A DNA stretch of 64,000 nt. Origin: Eledone cirrhosa (lineage: Eukaryota). This document shows, piece after piece, positions 27,236-41,790 of the stretch; the stretch's first letter is position 1; each line of letters starts with the position of its first letter. The DNA is taken from NCBI GenBank assembly GCA_964016885.1, contig OZ024740.1:435798001-435862000 (forward strand), given 5' to 3'. A program made the position numbers and the translations under genes. Below the pieces are notes generated by a model. That model did no database searches and had not been told where the DNA came from. It saw only the letters and a list, made by a program, of their open reading frames with translations.

Positions 27236-27438
27236 AACCAGTAAGACCCCGACAGCTGAGCTCAAGCCGTTTCGACGGCTAATTCTGGACTGAATTAGCC
27301 AGAATTAGCCGTCGAAACGGCTTGAGCTCAGCTGTCGGGGTCTTACTGGTTCCTATTACCCACTCTACTACTACCTCAAGTATTGAGTACTTTGGTGCGT
27401 TATGGTCCACCTGGTTCCTTACCACATTTCCTTCGTTA
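27231..27438 (+). mobile_element. Small hairpin-plus-tail repeat (copy 2)
   Basis: Perfect ~58-bp stem (ATAGGAACCAGTAAGACCCCGAC...GTCGGGGTCTTACTGGTTCCTAT) plus the shared tail. Confidence 0.85.
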
Positions 27439-27494
27439 TATATATATATATATATATATTTAATATATATATTTTTTATATATATATATATTTA

Positions 27495-28940
<1,446 letters not shown>

Positions 28941-28967
28941 ACATATATATATATATATATATATTTA

Positions 28968-28998
<31 letters not shown>

Positions 28999-29351
28999 AT
29001 ATTTAATAGTAATAATAATAAATTTGAAGACTAAAATCCAATAAGGATAAATATATATCAAATATATAAGAACCGTAGAGCAAATATTTATTAAAATAAC
29101 AGATTAAAGTTTAAGCAAAGAATCGCTGCTTTCACCTTTAACGGGATCTTCTGAAACTAACAAAGTCAATCTGTAAACGCAGAACTGGATATTTCAAAAA
29201 ACGTTGCAACCGGAGGAAGACAGGAAGACGATACTTTGGTTTGTGAACTAAGGATTACCGTAAAACTAATCGGTGCGTCATCAATGAAATCAACGATGCT
29301 GGGTTTAAAATCACATCTGATCTCAACATCCTGGACCCTATTTCTCCCCAC

Positions 29352-30928
29352 TTTACCCTGAAGGATCACAAATCCAATTTTCCGAACAACCCCTCTATTC
29401 GGCTTATTAACCCTACGAAGTCCGATTTAGGTAGACTTAGTAAAACGATTCTTGATAGAATTATACCTCAAATTAGAAGTTTGGCCCCTCTTGCACTGTG
29501 GAACAATTCTTTCGCGGTGATTGATTGGTTCAACGGCATATGTAACAAGGAACATTGCCGGTTTATCCAATTCGACATCAACAATTACTACTACTCCATC
29601 ACTTTACCACTTCTCTTTAGAGCTATCAATTTCGCTAAAACACTCACAGTGGTTAAGGATTTCGAAGTTGATGTCATCCTCAATGCCCGAAAGTCGGTGA
29701 TTAATTTCGACGACTCTATTTGGATAAAAAAATCCAATAGTACCCCATTCGACGTGAGTATGGGCGCCAGTGACTCTGCGGAGGTTACTGATCTTATCGG
29801 CCTTTTCCTTCTTTTCTCTATCAAGGACGAATTCCCCAACGCGGGCGGTGGTTTGTACCGTGACGATGGTCGTTTGACCATGACTAAGTGCGGACCTCGT
29901 GCTTGCGACAGGTTCAGAAAAGAACTCACAGCCTTCTTTAAAGGCTTCAACCTCTCGGTCGTTAATTACCTCGACGTTACCCTCAATTTATTGAATGGGT
30001 TGTATTACCCATATAGAAAGCCGAATGATACGCTTAATTACATAAGTAAGCATTCCAACCATGCTGCCAGGATAACCAAGAACCTGGTAAGAAACGTTTC
30101 GTTGAGGCTTTCCCGTCTTTCCACCAACGAGCGTATTTTCAACGACCATTCCACTTATTACAATGAAGCTCTTGCTCGAAGTGGATTTGTCGATAAGGTA
30201 GCATATACAGAGTACGAAAATAGACCTAGAAGAAATAGATCCCGTCGCATTTGTTGGTATAACCCACCATATAATATGGAGGTGGCCACACCATTAGCTA
30301 AGATCTTTCTTTCCCTTATTACGAAGCATTTTCCCCCTACACATAAACATAGTAAAATTTTTAATAGAAATACTATTAAAATTTCTTACTCTACGACTCC
30401 TAACCTTGCACATAACATCACAGCTTCAAATTTAGCTAAACTACCTAGCCGTAGGAACATGTGCAACCCTGTAGTTAGTACTAACTGTAATTGTAGGAAT
30501 CGGGCTGATTGCCCCCTATCCGGGAAATGCCTCTCTAGTAACATTGTCTACAAAGGTAAGGTTGTAACACCCACGTCCCGTAGGGCCTACATAGGGTTAA
30601 CCGCCAATAGTTTCAAGCAGCGTCTTTACATGCATGCCCATTCTTTTCGTTACCCTCTAAGAAGGAATATGACGTCACTTTCAGCTTATATCTGGAGTCT
30701 AAAAGACAACCACACCCAATATAAGTTACACTGGGAGATCCTAGCTAGGGCTAGATCGTATAATGGAAATAAAAGACCATGTGACCTCTGCGCCGCTGAG
30801 GCCCTGGAAATATTCTACGCCGCAGACCACATCTTAAACAAAAAAATCTGAGGCAATTTCGGCTTGTAAACATAAATTGCACAAAACTTTCCTGTATTAC
30901 AGCCCCACGTTATACCCTAACGGATAGA
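29352..30928 (+). pseudogene. PLE reverse transcriptase + GIY-YIG endonuclease (partial, disabled)
   Basis: TLKDHKSNFPNNPSIRLINP, QFDINNYY, VSMGASDSAE, GLYRDDG, NYLDVTL, CNCR..CPLSGKC, IVYKG..YIGLT..FKQR..H, CDLC. A 1-nt frameshift in the A-run near 30845 precedes SEAISACKH. Confidence 0.9.
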
Positions 30929-31814
30929 ACGATCTATACGTGGATATTTTACGTCTTGATGTGGTAGCTAAGTATATGTTTTGTTTATTCCTTTACTTAT
31001 TTGCATAGGTAAATATATATTACCCGTATGTTTTGTGAAGGTATGTATACCTTCTCGTACGTATATTTGATTGCTATGGCGTATAATTTTATATATTCTG
31101 GTACATAGGGTTTGGCTATGTGTATACGGGAGTTTTTGCGTCTGTGTGATTATGTAGGTTCGTACGTATGGTGCGTGTGTGTATATGTGTACTTCTTGTT
31201 TTAGTTGACTTACGTCTCCGAACATTCGTGTATTTATATGTGGGTATGTGTGTGCGCTTGTTATATACGTTTATATAATTATTTATTTATTTGTATACAC
31301 GCATACACACACACATATTTATATGTGCGTGGTTTTGTATACCTATGACAAGTGTTTTCGCGTATGCTTGTGTATGTACGTTTTTGTTTGCGTGTATGTA
31401 TTTATTTATTACTTCTGTATTGTATTTATTTACTTTGTTCTTAACTCTGTAGCGGAGATTCATTTGGTCTCCTAGTTAGAATTTTAGTCTACGACTTCTG
31501 CTATACCATTTACGTGGTTTTGTCTTTGCGTGCTATTGTTCTCCACGCTCCACATATGACGTATTATCTTCGTTTTTTTCGTTCATTGCCAGAGAACGTC
31601 TCTATGCACCACCTAGAGAACATTGGTCTACGACCTCTTTTATACCATAAACGTGGTTCTGTCTTTGCGCATAAATGTTTTTCACCGCTCCTATTAATGA
31701 CGTATTATTTCGTTTTTTCCCGTTCTTCGCCAGCGAACGTTTCCACGAACCAAAGTATCGTCTTCCTGTCTTCCTCCGGTTGCAACGTTTTTTGAAATAT
31801 CCAGTTCTGCGTTT

Positions 31815-31890
31815 ACAGATTGACTTTGTTAGTTTCAGAAGATCCCGTTAAGGGTGAAAGCAGCGATTCTTTGCTTAAACTTTAATCTGT
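31815..31890 (+). ncRNA. Variant type I hammerhead in the PLE 3' pseudo-LTR (core CAGAAGA)
   Basis: ACAGATTGA..AGTTT-CAGAAGA-TCCC(GTTAA)GGGT-GAA-AGCA(9 nt)TGCT-T|AAACT-TTAATCTGT; all three helices pair. Confidence 0.6.
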
Positions 31891-31994
31891 TATTTTAATA
31901 AATATATATTTAATATATATATATATATTTAATATATATATATATATATATTTAATATATATATATATATATATATATATTTAATATATATATA

Positions 31995-32036
<42 letters not shown>

Positions 32037-32038
<2 letters not shown>

Positions 32039-32760
32039 TCATCATCGTTTAACGTCCGTGTACAACGCTTGCATGGGTTTGGACGGGGGTTTTCCCACTT
32101 GAGGCAAGAGTGATTGTCTTGCTCGCATAGGACTGTCTGGCGGGTTTTCTACAGCTGGATGCCCTTCCTAACACCAACCACATTTACAGTGTGGGGCTGG
32201 GAGGTTTTTACCGTGTTGCCTACACGGCCACATTACAGCGTGGACTGTCTGGCAGGTTTTCTACAGCTGGATGCCCTTCCTAACACCAACCACATTTACA
32301 GTGTGGGGCTGGCAGGTTTTTACCGTGTTGCCTACACGGCCACATTACAGCGTGGACTGTGTTTTTTTTGTCGTGACACCTACACGATCTCATTTGTTTC
32401 GGCCTGGATGTTGTGGGACCAACATAACTTTACATTGAAAGAGGCGGTGTGGATGGGGTGGAGGTGGTGGGACGGGGGGGGGGGGTTGATAAAGATGCCT
32501 ACTGACTGTAGTAGGTTTTTACTTTGTATTTAGGTAAGGCGGGTCTTCTCTATTACTGAGTACCGCCAAAGGTCTCGGTCCAGTGACATTGCCTTGGAGA
32601 GGTGTAAGTGTGTGAGGTCGGAATTTATCAGCTCGTCCCAGGTTTTTCTGGGTCTGGCTACTCCGTAGCTACCGTCTATCTTTATTGCCCTGCACTTTGT
32701 TATACAGCTGTCGTCTTTCATGCGCATCACGTGACCATACCAACGTAGCCCTCTCTCGAG
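32037..32760 (-). mobile_element. RTE subfamily A, 5'-truncated, with the same 3' UTR duplication as 26335-27113
   Basis: ORF end 32730-32530; duplicated block. Confidence 0.94.
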
Positions 32761-32774
32761 TATATATATATATA

Positions 32775-32815
<41 letters not shown>

Positions 32816-32846
32816 ATATATATATATATATTTAATATATATATAT

Positions 32847-33165
32847 CATCATCATCATCATCACCGTTTTACGTCCGTTCTTCCACGCTAGCACGGGTTA
32901 GACGGGTTGTCCTGTTGTGGGCAGTGTCTGGTCGGCTGACCATGCCTTGCTTATACAGGAACTGATTTGGCTTGATTTCTACAGCTGGATGCCCTTCCTA
33001 ACACCAACCTCATTTACAGTGAGTGCTGGGTGCTTTTTCGTGGCGCCTACACGTCCACTTTACAGTGTGGGCTGGGTGCTTTTTTGCCGTGGCACCTCCA
33101 CGACCACCTTGCGGTGGTGGAATATTGTCTATATGCTTCAGCCTGTACCCATGGGAGGTCGGATA
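32847..33165 (-). mobile_element. RTE subfamily B 3' UTR fragment
   Basis: Matches 48300-48631; (GAT)n tail. Confidence 0.9.
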
Positions 33166-33169
33166 TATA

Positions 33170-33202
<33 letters not shown>

Positions 33203-33205
<3 letters not shown>

Positions 33206-33393
33206 CGAAGGAAATGTGGTAAGGAACCAAGTGGACCATAACGCACCAAAGTACTCAATACTTAGGGTTGTAGAATGGGTAATAGGAACGAGTAGGACCC
33301 CGACGGCTGAGCTCAAGCCGTTTCTAGTCTAATTCTGGACCAGAATTAGCCGTCGACACGGCTTGAGCTCAGCCATCGGCGTCCTTCTCGTTC

Positions 33394-33396
<3 letters not shown>
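33203..33396 (-). mobile_element. Small hairpin-plus-tail repeat (copy 3)
   Basis: Reverse-oriented homolog of 27231-27438. Confidence 0.82.
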
Positions 33397-33435
<39 letters not shown>

Positions 33436-33438
<3 letters not shown>

Positions 33439-34724
33439 GGTGTTAAAGTTTGCTTGAAGCATTGTGAAATATGTAAAATATGAAGTTTAGAAAGCCACAA
33501 CAATGCAGATGGGAAATCTCGAGGTAGGAAGTGAGTGAGAAATAGGAGAAAAGTGAAAATTGAGAGAAACGAAAACAAAACAAAGGTAGAAGGGTTACCG
33601 TAGTGGAGATTTAATCCCAATATTTTGGGCTCACGCCCATCAACGGGGGGAAAGTTCCAAAAGGGGGGGAACAGGCTAAGCTGGAGAAAGTTGTATTGTC
33701 GTTAAAACATAGGAATGCCGTTATGGCGCTCCGAAGATGCCTCTCCACCAAACCCGATGAGTCAGATGGGACGTGTTCCCTCAGCAACTGCCCGATACGG
33801 GGGGCAGATTGCCTACGCACCTATGTTGTATATAAGATTCAATGCGATAAATGTAACAAGTTTTACATAGGTAGCACCATCCGACCCCTACATGTTCGTA
33901 TCAAGGAACATGTCAACACCAACGCATCTTCCTTCCGTAAACACATCCTTAAATGCGGAAACCCACAGGGCAGACCCTTGGTCACAGTCCTAGCGACTGA
34001 ACGCAGCATCGGATCCTTAAGGATAAAGGAAGCACTTGTTATTAAGAACCTCAGACCCCCACTTAACAACCGGGCTGAGAGAAATGAGCTGACATGGCTA
34101 ATCTAACCATAGTGACCAGTAACAGCCCCTACGGCCTACTATCTTTCACACACACGCACTTATATGTATACCCATACACATACACACACACACATCTATA
34201 TTTATACACGCACACATGTTTATACAACCTACCACCTTTCACACCCTTTGAATTCCAGCTTCTACGGCCCACTATCTTTCACACACGCACACTCACATAC
34301 ATACACACATACACATATACACACACAGTTACACACACATATATATTTACACACACATATTTTACGGCTTTCACACGCTAGCGCACCCTATTGATTTAAC
34401 CCAATTGGTCAGTAGCTTTTGCCACAGCCTATCACGCGCACGCGCATTCTTTCCCTCGTTTGAATTTTTTCCCCATAATGGCATTCCTATGTTTTAACGA
34501 CAATACAACTTTCTCCGGCTTAGCCTGTTCCCCCCCTTTTGGAACTTTCCCCCTGTTGATGGGCGTGAGCCCGAAATATTGGGATTAAATCTCCACTACG
34601 GTAACCCTTCTACCTTTGTTTTGTTTTCGGATTTTCGTTTCTCTCAATTTTCACTTTTCTCCTATTTCTCACTCACTTCCTACCTCGAGATTTCCCATCT
34701 GCATTGTTGTGGCTTTCTAAACTA
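33436..34724 (+). mobile_element. Penelope-like element (second family), heavily 5'-truncated, with inverted pseudo-LTRs
   Basis: GIY-YIG C-terminus in ORF 33696-34106 (VVYKIQCDKCNKFYIGSTIRPLHVRIKEH..RIKEALVI..PPLN); 33484-33726 is the reverse complement of ~34474-34723. Confidence 0.9.
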
Positions 34725-34757
34725 CATATATCATCATCATCATATATAAATATATAT

Positions 34758-37700
34758 ATCATCATCATCATCATCATCATCAACGTTTAACGTCCGTGTT
34801 CCACGCTTGCATGGGTTTGGACGGGGGTAGTCCCACTTGAGGCAAGAGTGATTGTCTTGCTCGCATAGGACTGTCTGGCAGGTTTTCTACAGTTGGATGC
34901 CCTTCCTAACACCAACCACATTTACAGTGTGGGTCTGGGAGGTTTTTACCGTGTTGCCTACACGGCCACATTACAGCGTGGACTGTGTGTTTTTTTGTCG
35001 TGACACCTACACGATCTCATTTGTTTCGGCCTCGATGGCGCGGCACCAACATAACTTTACATAGAACGGGGTGGTGTGGATCGGGTGGGGGTGGTGGGAC
35101 GGGGTGTATTTGTTAGAGATGCCTACTGGCTGGAGTAGGTTTTACTATATATTTAGGTAAGGCGGGTCTTCTCTGTTACTGAGTACCGCCAAAGGTCTCG
35201 GTCCAGTGACATTGTCTTGGAGAGGTGTAAGTGTGTGATGTCGGAGTTTATCAGCTCGTCCCAGGTTTTTCTAGGTCTGCCTATTCCGTGACTACCGTCT
35301 ATCTTTATTGCCCTGCACTTTGTTATACAGCTATCGACTTTCATGCGCATCACGTGTCCATACCAACGTAGCCTTCTCTCGAGTAAACAACATCTGATCC
35401 CTCTTATCTCTAATTTATTCCTTAGTTCGTTTATGCTTTGCCGTTCACGTATATTACTGTTACACATCCAGCGGAGCATGCAAGCTTCGTTCCTCTCTAG
35501 TCTGCGTATATCCTCTGCACACAATGCCCAGGTCTCACTGCCATGCAGCATTGCTGTTCGTATGCAGGCATCGTACAACCTGCCTTTCATTTTTAGTGAG
35601 AACCCTTTAGCAGCTAATAGTGGTATAAGCTCTCTGAACTTTTTCCAACCAGTTCTGACTCTAGCTACAGTACTTTCAGAGCACCCTCCCCCACTGCTGA
35701 TTTTATCGCCCAGGTAACGGAAGCTGTCCACTATTTCTATAGAACCCTCTGCGCAATTGAAAGAGCTAGTAGTTTGTGGGCACTTGCTGCTACTTATTGC
35801 ACCAGAGCACCGGCCACATGTAAAATCTATGTTCTTAGTTAGCCTACCTGTGATCCCACTACATCTTTTATGCACCCATACTTTGCATTTAGGACATAAA
35901 ATGGAGTTTCTACCTACGCCTTTCCTACACACCGAGCACGACCATTTCCCAGAAGGGACCGCCGCCTTGTTTTCTTTCCTACAAACTAGTACTTTGGTCT
36001 TAGCCAGGTTAATTTTAAGTCCTTTTGACTCTAGGCCGTGCTTCCATGTTTGGAATTTCTTCTCTAGCTCGGCCATTGATTCCGCTATGAGTGTCAGGTC
36101 GTCTGCGTATAGGAGTTCCCATGGGCAGCCTGTCTTGAACTCCTCTGTTATGGCCTGAAGGGCAATAATAAATAGTAGTGGACTGAGAACAGAGCCCTGA
36201 TGGACGCCGACTTTTACGCTAAACTCTTCACTATATTCGTTGTTAATTCTAACCTTGCTGACTGTTTCTTTATACATGGCTTGTATAGCCCTCACAAGCC
36301 ATTCGTCAACGCCTAGTTTTCTAAGAGCCCACCAGATAATGGAGCGGGGGACTCTGTCGAAGGCTTTCTCCAAGTCGACAAAAGCTAAGTAGAGGGGTTT
36401 ACCTTTAGCTAGGTACTTCTCTTGTAGTTGTCGTACTATGAAAAGAGCGTCTGTGGTACTTTTGCCTGACACAAACCCGAACTGCATTTCATCTAGGTCA
36501 ATTCTCTCTCTGATTAGTTGCGCTATTACTCTTTCCGTGACCTTCATGACCTGGTCGATTAATTTAATGCCTCTATAGTTACTCCTATCTAGGGCGTCTC
36601 CTTTACCCTTATAACAGTTAACGATGATGCTGCTATGCCAGTCCTTCGGAACAACCCCGTTTTGTACGACTTGGTTAACTATGCGGGTGACCATGGTGTG
36701 TCCCACCGTGCCAGATGCCTTCAGCATCTCAGCAACTATTTCCGAAGGCCCAGCCGCCTTACCAGTCTTCATATCCTTGATTGCCTTACTTATTATACTC
36801 CCCTCGACTAACACTGCTGGTCCCTCTATTGGGTCGATATGGGGGAGACTGCCTTTCTCCCAATTATTCTCCTCATTTAGAAGCCTTTCATAGTGACACT
36901 TCCAAGCTACCTTCTTATCAGCGTCGGTGATGGCAAGTGTGCCATCGTCGTTTAGTACACACTTCTCCCCGACAATATCACGGTTTTCCTTGACGCATTG
37001 CCTAGCAATCCTGAACACCTCACGTTTTTGGTCATCGCGTTGTAGAACATGCTTGAACTTTCTTTCCTCAGCTTCCCTTCTTGCTAAGTACACTTGTCTC
37101 CTAGCTTCCCTCCTGGCCACTTGATAGTCCTCTCTACTTCCCCCATCCCGCCATACTTTCCAAGCCTGCTTTTTGGCCTTAATTGACCCCTCCACCTTAC
37201 TGTTCCACCATGTTACTCTCCTCCTGCCTACAGGCCTGCTCCAGCCACAGACCTCGTCTGTCGCCAACAGCAGGTTTGCTTTCAGAAATTCCCACTCTCC
37301 CTCTATATTGTCCGACTCTAAATGTTCTTCCTTACTGTCGAAAGCATCAAGTAATATGCTTTGAAATTTATTCCTGGCTGTGGGGTCCTTTAGCTTCCAT
37401 ATTTTCCTCCTGAGGATAGTCCTCTTCTGTTGTCGAGTACGTCTCGTCCTGACTATGAGGTCGCTAATTATCAGTCTATGTTGGGAGGTGCATTCTTCAT
37501 GGGGGAGGGATTTAGTGTTAACAACAGACACTCTGTCACGTCTTCTGGTAAGGATATAATCTACCTGGCTTGTGTGTTCCCCGGATCTATAGGTGATCAG
37601 GTGATTGTCACGTTTTTTGAAGTTAGTGTTACAGATAGTTAGGTTATTTGCATCACAGAATTCCAGGATTCTGGAGCCTTCCTCATTTCTAGTACCAAAC

Positions 37701-37870
37701 CCATAGCCTCCATGGATTTCGTCGTAGCCGTCACAATGTTGTCCAACGTGACCATTTAGGTCGCCTGCGATAATTATATAGTCACTGTCGGATATTTGGG
37801 AGGTAGTTAGCATCAGTGTCTCATAGAATCTGTCTTTTATAGTGCCGGGCAGTCCGGATTGGGGTGCGTA
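34758..37870 (-). mobile_element. RTE subfamily A, 5'-truncated, uninterrupted ~905-aa EN(partial)-RT frame
   Basis: ORF 37933-35153 is genuine from YAPQSG onward; the N-terminal ~21 aa come from the LTR and (TA)n. Confidence 0.96.
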
Positions 37871-37889
37871 TTTAATATATATATATATA

Positions 37890-38390
37890 TGTACAGCCAC
37901 CGGAAATAACATCTGTGAAATATTCAGCGCCATCTACCTGTTAGCTAGCTACCTCAACGTGAAACAAAAGATCCCTGAAAACCTACCAGAATAAAAGCCT
38001 ACACAGCGGGGCTAAACATCAAACGGTTATTTCTGTATAAATAGAGTGGTTCCAAACACTTCCCCAGTCGACATTTGGCAGAGTCAACTCGCGTATCATT
38101 GTTCCTCGCCTCTGCCACGCTTTGTCACTCACACACGCCTTGTACCTCGTATCGTCGCTTCAGGTGAAAATAAATAGCTGATCGAATTTACATCTCGCCT
38201 TGCTTCGTCCTTTCAACTTGTGCTTTCGTCTGTCCATCCTCAACAGTTCTTTTAAGGGCTATATGCGACAACAGTCCTTTTAAGGGCTATCTTCAGATCT
38301 GATCAGACCGTATGCGATAACAGTCCTTCTAAGGGCTATTCTCGGATCTGATCAGAAGTAGTGACCAGACTGACTAACCACGTCGCTACA
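37890..38390 (+). repeat. 5' LTR
   Basis: TGTACAG...GCTACA; 4 substitutions seen versus the 3' LTR. Confidence 0.96.
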
Positions 38391-38392
38391 AT

Positions 38393-38425
38393 TGGTGACC
38401 CCGGCATGATGTCGAACGCGCAACC
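38393..38425 (+). promoter_or_regulatory. Primer binding site complementary to the tRNA-Trp 3' end
   Basis: TGGTGACCCCG begins 2 nt after the 5' LTR; this is the complement of the recalled eukaryotic tRNA-Trp 3' end CGGGGUCACCA. Confidence 0.8.
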
Positions 38426-38450
38426 AGACACCACCTAAGAAAATACCAAC

Positions 38451-41400
38451 ATGGACATGCAACCAGCGACAGAGGCCGAGATTTCAGAGCTGCGGGCAAT
38501 GATAAGAGAGTGGGCTGGTCAAATTAAAGCCCTCTCAAATCAAGTAGAGAACTTGACCTTTCAAACACACCGGCGGCGCAGCAACAGTCGATCCAGGTCT
38601 TTTCACAGTCGAAGATCCAGTAGTCTCAGTCAAAATCGTGTGCCTGGCAACCTCTGCTGGTATCACACAAATTTTGGCGCACAGGCATCTAAGTGCAAAG
38701 CCCCATGCTCTTTCCGGAATGCCACCCAGGGCCTGGCAACGACGTTCACCCATGGTACTGAAAAGAAAAGTCGTCTATTTTTTATTAACGACCAGGCGAC
38801 AGGCATCCGTTACCTCGTGGATACAGGAGCCCAGGTTAGTGTTTTCCTGTTTCACTAATCTCGGGCAAAAGACACCCAACCCCGTCCTTTCTGCAGGCAG
38901 TGAACCAATCGTCAATTCCGACTTTCGGGGAGAAGACTCTGACCCTCAATTTAGGCCTGAGGCGGCGTTATCAATGGGTGTTTGTCGTGGCAGACCTGCC
39001 GACCCCTATCCTAGCAGCCGATTTTCTCCACCACTTCAACCTTCTGTGTGGATATGAAGAACCGGAGGCTTATCGACACCACCACAAACCTCACTGTGAG
39101 AGGTATATTTACCACACAATCCACAGTGAGCCCTGTAATTTGCCAGTCAGAGCCTTCGCGGTACAACGGCATTCTCCAGAAATACCCAAACATCACTCGC
39201 CCGGTATTTAAGATGGTCCCATTAAGCCTAGTGTCACGCACCACATCGAGACAAAGGGACCACCCACAGCTGCCCGACCAAGGAGACTGCCTCCAGACCG
39301 ATTGAGAATTGCCAAGCAGGAGTTCCAACACATGCTGGACCTCGGAATCATTCGCCCTTCCTCCAGCAACCGGTCTGCACCCCTACACCTTGTTCCTAAA
39401 AAAGACGAGAATGATTGGCGACCATGTGGGGATTATCGTGCACTTAACAATTCTACAGTGCCCGATAATTACCCTGTACCTCACCTGCACGATTTTTCTG
39501 CCTCTCTGCAAGGCACACGCATCTTTTCCAAGATAGATTTGGTGCGTGCATATAACCAGATACCTATGGAGCCTGCAGATATTCTGAAGACCGCAATCAC
39601 AACACCGTTCGGTTTATTTGAATTCCTGCGAATGCCGTTCAGTCTGCGCAATGCTGCACAAACTTTTCAGCGGTTTATTGACACCGTGTTACGCGATCTA
39701 TCCTTCGTATACGCGTATATTGACGACGTGCTGGTAACAAGTACTTCTGAGCAAGAACACGAGAAGCATTTAGATCTCCTTTTCCAACGTTTGGCTGAGT
39801 ACGGTATCATTATCAACCCCCAGCAAGTGCCTTCTCGGCGTTCCTTCACTGTCCTTTCTCGGGCACATCATCAACAAAGACGGCATTCGTCCACTTCCCG
39901 AGAAAGTAGAAGCTATCTGCAGTTTTCCCGCACCTACATCACTTCGGAAACTGCGTGAATTCCTCGGTCTGGTGAATTTTTAAAGGCGTTTTATCCCTCA
40001 TTGTTCCGACGCAGCCAGACTCCTCACGGACCTTTTTCGTAACTGGACTCGCAAAAACGAAGAGATCAGCCTAAATGAGGAAGAATTAACATCTTTTAAC
40101 CGCCTGAAGGAAATGTTGGCAAACGCTTCCATGCTCGTTTTCCCCAGGTCTGGCGCTCCTCTTTCGCTGCTAGTGGACGCATCAGACACAGGGGTTGGAG
40201 GCGTTTTACAACATGTCGACGGCGTGTGGCAACCCTTATCCTTCTTTTCTAAGCGGTTGCAACCGGCAGAAACGAAATACAGTACCATTGGCTGCGAACT
40301 CTTGGCAACCTATCTTTCGGTTAAGCATTTACGGCACATGCTCGAAGGATCAGATTTCGTGATCTACACGGACCATAAACCATTAGTTTATGCGTTCTGT
40401 ACTAAACCTGATCGACATTCACTGAGAGAACTCCGACACCTGGATTTTGTCTCCCAATATTCAACTGATATTTGGCATATCAAGGGATCAGACAACGTAG
40501 CAGCCGACGCCCTGTCCCGAATCCAGCTGAACGCAATACATGTGCATTCAGGCATCGACCTTCAACAGATTGCAGCTGACCAAGAGACTGACGAAGAGTT
40601 TATCAAGCTCCGAGATTCACCATCCCTCAAGTTTCAGTAAGTTCCCATTCCTTCTTCTCCGGGACAAATTTGGTGCGACCTTTCTACCGGTCATGAAAGA
40701 CCGTACGTACCACAGATGCATCGTCGACAAGTTTTTTCTGCTTTACACTGCTTGTCTCACCCTGGAATCTGGACAACACATAACTCATCTCTGCTCGTTT
40801 TGTGTGGACTAACATTAACAAGGACGTGCGCAACTGGTCCAGGAGCTGCATTGCCTGCCAGAAAGCCAAAGTCCACAGACACATAAAAACTCCACTCAGC
40901 ACATTCGCGCAACCTGAGCACGTTTTCATCATGTGCATATCGACATCGTCGGACCTCTACCACCATCACAGAACTACACGCACTTGCTCACCTGCATAGA
41001 TCGATTTTCTCGTTGGCCTGAGGATTTTCCCATAAATGATACCTCAGCGGAAACAGTCGCTAAAACTTTGGTTTTACACTGGGTATCACGTTTTGGCGCC
41101 CCAGCGAAGATAACAAGGGACAGAGGACGCCAATTTGACTCCCACCTCTTCAGGGAACTGACTCGCCTGTTAGGATGTAAACACATCCGCACGACAGCTT
41201 ATCACCCGCAAGCTAATGGTCTCGTGGAAAGATTCCATCGCCAATTGAAAGCTGCAATAAAAGCATATCCAGACAAGACACACTGGTTTGAATACCTGCC
41301 ACTCATCCTTCTGGGCATTCGATCCACCGTTAAGGAGGAATTCGGACACACACCTGCAGAATTACTGTACGGCACCACCCTGGTTCTACCTGGTCAGATG

Positions 41401-41790
41401 GTTGCTCCCATCTCTCCTCAGGATGTTCCAGACCCAGGATCATACGTACACCGTCTTCGACAATATATGTCTCACCTTGCTCCTGCAAGCACCCGTCAAC
41501 AGAACACGGCCACACACGTACCTTCAGACATTAAAGATTGGACACACGTTTTCGTTCGAAACGACACCATCTCAGCTCATCTTCGACCTCCATATTCTGG
41601 CCCTTATCGTGTTCTAAAAAAATATCCGAAATATTTTATTCTCGATCTAGATGGTAAACAGAATTCTGTCAGCGTGGACAGATTAAAAAAAGCCATCATG
41701 GATACTGTTACAGTCTCTACACCAGAAACTCCAACAGATTGCTGTCCCAGCGAGCCACATGTTTCATCTCCAGTCACGAGAAGGGGATGA
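38451..41790 (+). pseudogene. gag(C-terminus)-pol pseudogene (PR-RT-RH-IN)
   Basis: Fragments 38451-38858, 38900-, 39048-, 39302-, 40113-40640, 40802- and 40933-41790, separated by frameshifts and stops. Confidence 0.93.

Larger units (their letters stand above)
28988..31902 (+). mobile_element. Penelope-like retroelement (Naiad-type), 5'-truncated, with an inverted 5' pseudo-LTR
   Basis: RT-GIY-YIG ORF; 29088-29248 is the reverse complement of ~31742-31902; flanked by (TA)n. Confidence 0.9.

Noticed and set aside
30849-30851. TGA ending the Naiad-type ORF as a possible selenocysteine codon
   Set aside because: The conserved continuation (SEAISACKH) is in another frame, so a 1-nt slip in the A-run explains it; the Cys positions use TGT/TGC
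34545-34586. Hammerhead-like motif CCC-CTGTTGA-T-GGGC(GTGA)GCCC-GAAA-TATT-GGG in the second PLE pLTR
   Set aside because: It is in the expected position, but the core deviates (CUGUUGA, extra U) and the inverted copy is further mutated; not called as a ribozyme
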